Positions 56,101 to 64,000 of a stretch of DNA of 64,000 nucleotides are shown here, one piece after another. The translations under genes and the position numbers were made by a program. The notes beneath the pieces are model-generated. The model had not been told where the DNA came from. It did no database searches and saw nothing but the letters and a program-made list of their open reading frames with translations. Source of the DNA: the human T2T-CHM13v2.0 reference genome, Homo sapiens; assembly GCF_009914755.1 (NCBI RefSeq), contig NC_060925.1; one strand, 5' to 3'. How positions within the stretch are numbered: position 1 is the first letter of the stretch; each line of letters opens with the position of its first letter.

Positions 56101-59100
56101 CATCTAATGGAATCGCATGGAATCATCATCAAATGGAATCGAATGGAATGATCATCAAATGGAATCTAATGGAATCATTGAACAGAATTGAATGGAATCG
56201 TCATGGAATGAATTGAATGCAATCATCGAATGGTCTCGAATGGAATCATCTTCTAATGGAAAGGAATGGAATCATCGCATAGAATCGAATGGAATTATCA
56301 TCGAATGGAATCGAATGGTATCAACACCAAACGGAAAAAAACGGAATTATCGAATGGAATCGAAGAGAATCTTCGAACGGACCCGAATGGAATCATCTAA
56401 TGGAATGGAATGGAATAATCCATGGACTCGAATGCAATCATCATCGAATGGAATGGAATGGAATCATCGAATGGACTCGAATGGAATAATCATTGAACGG
56501 AATCGAATGGAATCATCATCGGATGGAAACGAATGGAATCATCATCGAATGGAAATGAAAGGAGTCATCATCTAATGGAATTGCATGGAATCATCATAAA
56601 ATGGAATCGAATGGAATCAACATCAAATGGAATCAAATGGAATCATTGAACGGAATTGAATGGAATCGTCATCGAATGAATTGACTGCAATCATCGAATG
56701 GTCTCGAATGGAATCATCTTCAAATGGAATGGAATGGAATCATCGCATAGAATCGAATGGAATTATCATCGAATGGAATCGAATGGAATCAACATCCAAC
56801 GGAAAAAAACGGAATTATCGAATGGAATCGAAGAGAATCATCGAATGGACCCGAATGGAATCATCTAATGGAATGGAATGGAATAATCCATGGACTCGAA
56901 TGCAATCATCATTGAATGGAATCGAATGGAATCATCGAATGGACTCGAATGGAATAATCATTGAACGGAATCGAATGGAATCATCATCGGATGGAAATGA
57001 ATGGAATCATCATCGAATGGAATCGAATAGAATTATGGAATGAAATCCAGTGTGATCATCATCGAATGGACCCGAATGGAATCATCATCCAACGGAAGCT
57101 AATGGAATCAACATCGAATGAATCGAATGGAAACACCATCGAATTGAAACGAATGGAATTATCATGAAATTGAAATGGATGGACTCATCATCGAATGGAT
57201 TCGAATGGAATCATCGAATAAAATTGATTGAAATCATCATCCAATGGAATCGAATGGTATCATTGAATGGAATCGAATGGAGTCATCATCAGATGGAAAT
57301 GAATGGAATCGTCATAGAATGGAATCGAATGGATTCATTGAATGGAATCAGATGGAATCATCGAATGGACTGGAATGGAATCATTGAATGGACTCGAAAG
57401 GGATCATTATTGAATGGAATTGAATGGAATCATCGAATGGTCTCGATTGGAATCATTATCAAATGGAATCGAATGGAATCACCGAATAGAATCGAATGGA
57501 ACAATCATCGAATGGACTCAAATGGAATTATCCTCCAATGGAATCGAATGGAATTATCGAATGCAATCGAATGGAATTATCGAATGCAATCGAATAGAAT
57601 CATCGAATGGACTCGAATGGAATCATCGAATGGAATGGAATGGAACAGTCAATGAACTCGAATGGAATCATCATTGAATGGAATCGAATGGAATCATCGA
57701 GTGGAATCGAATGGAATTATGATCAAATGGAATCGAATGTAATCATCATCAAATGGAATCAAAAATAACCATCATCAATTGGTATTGAATGGAATTGTCA
57801 TCAAATGGAATTCAAAGGAATCATCATCAAATGGAACCGAATGGAATCCTCATTGAATGGAAATGAAAGGGGTCATCATCTAACGGAATCGCATGGAATC
57901 ATCATCAAATGGAATCTAATGGAATCATTGAACAGAATTGAATGGAATCGTCATCGAATGAATTGAATGCAATCATCGAATGGTCTCGAATGGAATCATC
58001 TTCTAATGGAAAGGAATGGAATCATCGCATAGAATCGAATGGAATTATCATCGAATGGAATCGAATGGTATCAACACCAAACGGAAAAAAACGGAATTAT
58101 CGAATGGAATCGAAGAGAATCTTCGAACGGACCCGAATGGAATCATCTAATGGAATGGAATGGAATAATCCACGGACTCGAATGCAATCATCATCGAATG
58201 GAATGGAATGGAATCATCGAATGGACTCGAATGGAATAATCATTGAACGGAATCGAATGGAATCATCATCGGATGGAAACGAATGGAATCATCATCGAAT
58301 GGAAATGAAAGGAGTCATCATCTAATGGAATTGCATGGAATCATCATAAAATGGAATCGAATGGAATCAACATCAAATGGAATCAAATGGAATCATTGAA
58401 CGGAATTGAATGGAATCGTCATCGAATGAATTGACTGCAATCATCGAATGGTCTCGAATGGAATCATCTTCAAATGGAATGGAATGGAATCATCGCATAG
58501 AATCGAATGGAATTATCATCGAATGGAATCGAATGGAATCAACATCAAACGGAAAAAAACGGAATTATCGAATGGAATCGAAGAGAATCATCGAATGGAC
58601 CCGAATGGAATCATCTAATGGAATGGAATGGAATAATCCATGGACTCGAATGCAATCATCATCGAATGGAATCGAATGGAATCATCGAATGGACTCGAAT
58701 GGAATAATCATTGAACGGAATCGAATGGAATCATCATCGGATGGAAATGAATGGAATCATCATCGAATGGAATCGAATAGAATTATGGAATGAAATCCAG
58801 TGTGATCATCATCGAATGGACCCGAATGGAATCATCATCCAACGGAAGCTAATGGAATCAACATCGAATGAATCGAATGGAAACACCATCGAATTGAAAC
58901 GAATGGAATTATCATGAAATTGAAATGGATGGACTCATCATCGAATGGATTCGAATGGAATCATCGAATAAAATTGATTGAAATCATCATCGAATGGAAT
59001 CGAATGGTATCATTGAATGGAATCGAATGGAATCATCATCAGATGGAAATGAATGGAATCGTCATAGAATGGAATCGAATGGATTCATTGAATGGAATCA

Positions 59101-61385
59101 GATGGAATCATCGAATGGACTGGAATGGAATCATTGAATGGACTCGAAAGGGATCATGATTGAATGGAATTGAATGGAATCATCGAATGGTCTCGATTGG
59201 AATCATTATCAAATGGAATCGAATGGAATCACCGAATAGAATCGAATGGAACAATCATCGAATGGACTCAAATGGAATTATCCTCAAATGGAATCGAATG
59301 GAATTATCGAATGCAATCGAATGGAATTATCGAATGCAATCGAATAGAATCATCGAAAGGACTCGAATGGAATCATCGAATGGAATGGAATGGAACAGTC
59401 AATGAACTCGAATGGAATCATCATTGAATGGAATCGAATGGAATCATCGAGTGGAATCGAATGGAATTATGATCAAATGGAATCGAATGTAATCATCATC
59501 AAATGGAATCAAAAATAACCATCATCAATTGGTATTGAATGGAATTGTCATCAAATGGAATTCAAAGGAATCATCATCAAATGGAACCGAATGGAATCCT
59601 CATTGAATGGAAATGAAAGGGGTCATCATCTAATGGAATCGCATGGAATCATCATCAAATGGAATCGAATGGAATCATCATCAAATGGAATCTAATGGAA
59701 TCATTGAACAGAATTGAATGGAATCGTCATGGAATGAATTGAATGCAATCATCGAATGGTCTCGAATGGAATCATCTTCTAATGGAAAGGAATGGAATCA
59801 TCGCATAGAATCGAATGGAATTATCATCGAATGGAATCGAATGGTATCAACACCAAACGGAAAAAAACGGAATTATCGAATGGAATCGAAGAGAATCTTC
59901 GAACGGACCCGAATGGAATCATCTAATGGAATGGAATGGAATAATCCATGGACTCGAATGCAATCATCATCGAATGGAATGGAATGGAATGGAATCATCG
60001 AATGGACTCGAATGGAATAATCATTGAACGGAATCGAATGGAATCATCATCGGATGGAAACGAATGGAATCATCATCGAATGGAAATGAAAGGAGTCATC
60101 ATCTAATGGAATTGCATGGAATCATCATAAAATGGAATCGAATGGAATCAACATCAAATGGAATCAAATGGAATCATTGAACGGAATTGAATGGAATCGT
60201 CATCGAATGAATTGACTGCAATCATCGAATGGTCTCGAATGGAATCATCTTCAAATGGAATGGAATGGAATCATCGCATAGAATCGAATGGAATTATCAT
60301 CGAATGGAATCGAATGGAATCAACATCAAACGGAAAAAAACGGAATTATCGAATGGAATCGAAGAGAATCATCGAATGGACCCGAATGGAATCATCTAAT
60401 GGAATGGAATGGAATAATCCATGGACTCGAATGCAATCATCATCGAATGGAATCGAATGGAATCATCGAATGGACTCGAATGGAATAATCATTGAACGGA
60501 ATCGAATGGAATCATCATCGGATGGAAATGAATGGAATCATCATCGAATGGAATCGAATAGAATTATGGAATGAAATCCAGTGTGATCATCATCGAATGG
60601 ACCCGAATGGAATCATCATCCAACGGAAGCTAATGGAATCAACATCGAATGAATCGAATGGAAACACCATCGAATTGAAACGAATGGAATTATCATGAAA
60701 TTGAAATGGATGGACTCATCATCGAATGGATTCGAATGGAATCATCGAATAAAATTGATTGAAATCATCATCCAATGGAATCGAATGGTATCATTGAATG
60801 GAATCGAATGGAATCATCATCAGATGGAAATGAATGGAATCGTCATAGAATGGAATCGAGTGGATTCATTGAATGGAATCAGATGGAATCATCGAATGGA
60901 CTGGAATGGAATCATTGAATGGACTCGAAAGGGATCATGATTGAATGGAATTGAATGGAATCATCGAATGGTCTCGATTGGAATCATTATCAAATGGAAT
61001 CGAATGGAATCACCGAATAGAATCGAATGGAACAATCATCGAATGGACTCAAATGGAATTATCCTCAAATGGAATCGAATGGAATTATCGAATGCAATCG
61101 AATGGAATTATCGAATGCAATCGAATAGAATCATCGAAAGGACTCGAATGGAATCATCGAATGGAATGGAATGGAACAGTCAATGAACTCGAATGGAATC
61201 ATCATTGAATGGAATCCAATGGAATCATCGAGTGGAATCGAATGGAATTATGATCAAATGGAATCTAATGTAATCATCATCAAATGGAATCAAAAATAAC
61301 CATCATCAATTGGTATTGAATGGAATTGTCATCAAATGGAATTCAAAGGAATCATCATCAAATGGAACCGAATGGAATCCTCATT

Positions 61386-62329
61386 GAATGGAAATGAAAG
61401 GGGTCATCATCTAATGGAATCGCATGGAATCATCATCAAATGGAATCGAATGGAATCATCATCAAATGGAATCTAATGGAATCATTGAACAGAATTGAAT
61501 GGAATCGTCATCGAATGAATTGAATGCAATCATCGAATGGTCTCGAATGGAATCATCTTCTAACGGAAAGGAATGGAATCATCGCATAGAATCGAATGGA
61601 ATTATCATCGAATGGAATCGAATGGTATCAACACCAAACGGAAAAAAACGGAATTATCGAATGGAATCGAAGAGAATCTTCGAACGGACCCGAATGGAAT
61701 CATCTAATGGAATGGAATGGAATAATCCATGGACTCGAATGCAATCATCATCGAATGGAATGGAATGGAATCATCGAATGGACTCGAATGGAATAATCAT
61801 TGAACGGAATCGAATGGAATCATCATCGGATGGAAACGAATGGAATCATCATCGAATGGAAATGAAAGGAGTCATCATCTAATGGAATTGCATGGAATCA
61901 TCATCAAATGGAATCGAATGGAATCAACATCAAATGGAATCAAATGGAATCATTGAACGGAATTGAATGGAATCGTCATCGAATGAATTGACTGCAATCA
62001 TCGAATGGTCTCGAATGGAATCATCTTCAAATGGAATGGAATGGAATCATCGCATAGAATCGAATGGAATTATCATCGAATGGAATCGAATGGAATCAAC
62101 AGCAAACGGAATAAAACGGAATTATCGAATGGAATCGAAGAGAATCATCGAATGGACCCGAATGGAATCATCTAATGGAATGGAATGGAATAATCCATGG
62201 ACTCGAATGCAATCATCATCGAATGGAATCGAATGGAATCATCGAATGGACTCGAATGGAATAATCATTGAACGGAATCGAATGGAATCATCATCGGATG
62301 GAAATGAATGGAATCATCATCGAATGGAA
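61386..62329. repeat. Internal 468-bp direct duplication within the 1776-bp unit (example copy)
   Basis: gaatggaaatgaaaggGgtcatc at 61386 and gaatggaaatgaaaggAgtcatc at 61854 (offset 468). The copies usually differ at fixed sites: ttctaa(t)ggaaagg vs ttcaaatggaatgg, ggtatc vs ggaatc, atcttcgaacgg vs atcatcgaatgg. Confidence 0.9.
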
Positions 62330-63274
62330 TCGAATAGAATTATGGAATGAAATCCAGTGTGATCATCATCGAATGGACCCGAATGGAATCATCATCCAAC
62401 GGAAGCTAATGGAATCAACATCGAATGAATCGAATGGAAACACCATCGAATTGAAACGAATGGAATTATCATGAAATTGAAATGGATGGACTCATCATCG
62501 AATGGATTCGAATGGAATCATCGAATAAAATTGATTGAAATCATCATCCAATGGAATCGAATGGTATCATTGAATGGAATCGAATGGAATCATCATCAGA
62601 TGGAAATGAATGGAATCGTCATAGAATGGAATCGAATGGATTCATTGAATGGAATCAGATGGAATCATCGAATGGACTGGAATGGAATCATTGAATGGAC
62701 TCGAAAGGGATCATGATTGAATGGAATTGAATGGAATCATCGAATGGTCTCGATTGGAATCATTATCAAATGGAATCGAATGGAATCACCGAATAGAATC
62801 GAATGGAACAATCATCGAATGGACTCAAATGGAATTATCCTCCAATGGAATCGAATGGAATTATCGAATGCAATCGAATGGAATTATCGAATGCAATCGA
62901 ATAGAATCATCGAATGGACTCGAATGGAATCATCGAATGGAATGGAATGGAACAGTCAATGAACTCGAATGGAATCATCATTGAATGGAATTGAATGGAA
63001 TCATCGAGTGGAATCGAATGGAATTATGATCAAATGGAATTGAATGTAATCCTCATCAAATGGAATCAAAAATAACCATCATCAATTGGTATTGAATGGA
63101 ATTGTCATCAAATGCAATTCAAAGGAATCATCATCAAATGGAACCGAATGGAATCCTCATTGAATGGAAATGAAAGGGGTCATCATCTAATGGAATCGCA
63201 TGGAATCATCATCAAATGGAATCGAATGGAATCATCATCAAATGGAATCTAATGGAATCATTGAACAGAATTGA
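61499..63274. repeat. Representative canonical 1776-bp unit = module A (468 bp, 61499-61966) + module B (1308 bp, 61967-63274)
   Basis: Homologous heads atggaatcgtcatcgaatgaattga at 61499, 61967 and 63275. Single-copy landmarks in B are gaaatccagtgtgatc, ccaacggaagcta, gaataaaattgattgaaa, ggaacagtcaatgaac and caaaaataaccatc. Confidence 0.93.
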
Positions 63275-64000
63275 ATGGAATCGTCATCGAATGAATTGAA
63301 TGCAATCATCGAATGGTCTCGAATGGAATCATCTTCTAATGGAAAGGAATGGAATCATCGCATAGAATCGAATGGAATTATCATCGAATGGAATCGAATG
63401 GTATCAACACCAAACGGAAAAAAACGGAATTATCGAATGGAATCGAAGAGAATCTTCGAACGGACCCGAATGGAATCATCTAATGGAATGGAATGGAATA
63501 ATCCATGGACTCGAATGCAATCATCATCGAATGGAATGGAATGGAATCATCGAATGGACTCGAATGGAATAATCATTGAACGGAATCGAATGGAATCATC
63601 ATCGGATGGAAACGAATGGAATCATCATCGAATGGAAATGAAAGGAGTCATCATCTAATGGAATTGCATGGAATCATCATAAAATGGAATCGAATGGAAT
63701 CAACATCAAAAGGAATCAAATGGAATCATTGAACGGAATTGAATGGAATCGTCATCGAATGAATTGACTGCAATCATCGAATGGTCTCGAATGGAATCAT
63801 CTTCAAATGGAATGGAATGGAATCATCGCATAGAATCGAATGGAATTATCATCGAATGGAATCGAATGGAATCAACATCAAACGGAAAAAAACGGAATTA
63901 TCGAATGGAATCGAAGAGAATCATCGAATGGACCCGAATGGAATCATCTAATGGAATGGAATGGAATAATCCATGGACTCGAATGCAATCATCATCGAAT

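Larger units (their letters stand above)
1..64000. repeat. Human satellite II (HSat2/HSATII) tandem array, HSat2A-like with 1776-bp unit (probably chr1q12, D1Z1/pUC1.77 type)
   Basis: Continuous diverged (GGAAT)n with the HSat2 hallmark GAATGGAATCATCATCGAATGGAATCGAAT (reverse complement ATTCGATTCCATTCGATGATGATTCCATTC), very dense TCGA sites, and 23/26-bp subunits. Homologous ORFs recur 1775-1776 bp apart (1216/2991, 35475/37251, 61499/63275). One EcoRI site (ggaattcaaagg, e.g. 1057-1062) per canonical unit fits the known 1.77-kb EcoRI fragment. The family call is firm; subfamily and chromosome are inferred. Confidence 0.97.
53109..64000. repeat. Regular A-B domain (about six near-canonical 1776-bp units) with its own variant set
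   Basis: Strict alternation of starts 54417/54885, 56192/56660, 57942/58410, 59718/60191, 61499/61967 and 63275/63743. B modules carry gaatcgaatggaaacacc and ggaattatcatg, and from 54885 onward gaattgactgca. Confidence 0.85.

Noticed and set aside
1-64000. Hundreds of + strand ORFs of 60-170 aa (MESSSNELNAIIEWSRM..., MELSSNGIEW..., MKLKWMDSS...)
   Set aside because: They are translations of the GGAAT-derived repeat (MEWNG pattern), overlap in several frames, are freely broken by stops and frameshifts between copies, and show no recognisable domain. The lack of minus-strand ORFs is consistent with frequent TGATGA on that strand.
1-64000. CRISPR-like or repeat-spacer array
   Set aside because: There are no unique spacers. 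All intervening sequence is itself satellite and recurs with the 468/1308/1776 periods, and no associated genes are present.
1-64000. HSat3 or telomere-like simple repeat
   Set aside because: Pure GGAAT runs are only 3-4 copies long. The dominant CATCATCGAATGGAATCGAAT pattern is diagnostic of HSat2, and no TTAGGG array is present.
1-64000. Inversions or inserted mobile elements (Alu, L1)
   Set aside because: I saw no CATTC-strand segment, poly-A tail, target-site duplication or non-satellite sequence while reading through. A RepeatMasker run would confirm this.
1-64000. A previously undescribed gene or defence system
   Set aside because: Nothing in the sequence supports one. All observed structure is explained by satellite repeat hierarchy and recombination.

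Overview
The whole 64 kb window is one uninterrupted, single-orientation tandem array of human satellite II (HSat2/HSATII), read on its GAATG-rich strand. It most likely comes from the pericentromeric chr1q12-type HSat2A array with the classical 1.77-kb EcoRI repeat; the chromosome assignment is an inference. I found no genes, RNA genes, transposon insertions, CRISPR arrays or inversions, and every ORF in the track is a by-product of the repeat. The structure is hierarchical. GGAAT/CGAAT pentamers build 23- and 26-bp subunits. These build a 468-bp module (A) and a 1308-bp module (B) that share a head, and A+B gives the 1776-bp unit (two copies of a 468-bp segment plus about 840 bp of single-copy sequence). 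Overlaid are many structural variants (modules of 419, 442, 467, 473, 543, 1061, 1275, 1282 and 1285 bp) and recent duplications with offsets of 2688, 3082, 3552, 3690, 10382, 12086, 15357 and 16965 bp. Lengths and offsets come from differences between homologous ORF starts, checked by eye against shared diagnostic variants. I do not see evidence of a new gene system; what is of interest is the array's recombination history, notably a recurring divergent 3.7-kb cassette and a length-neutral 26-bp register shift.
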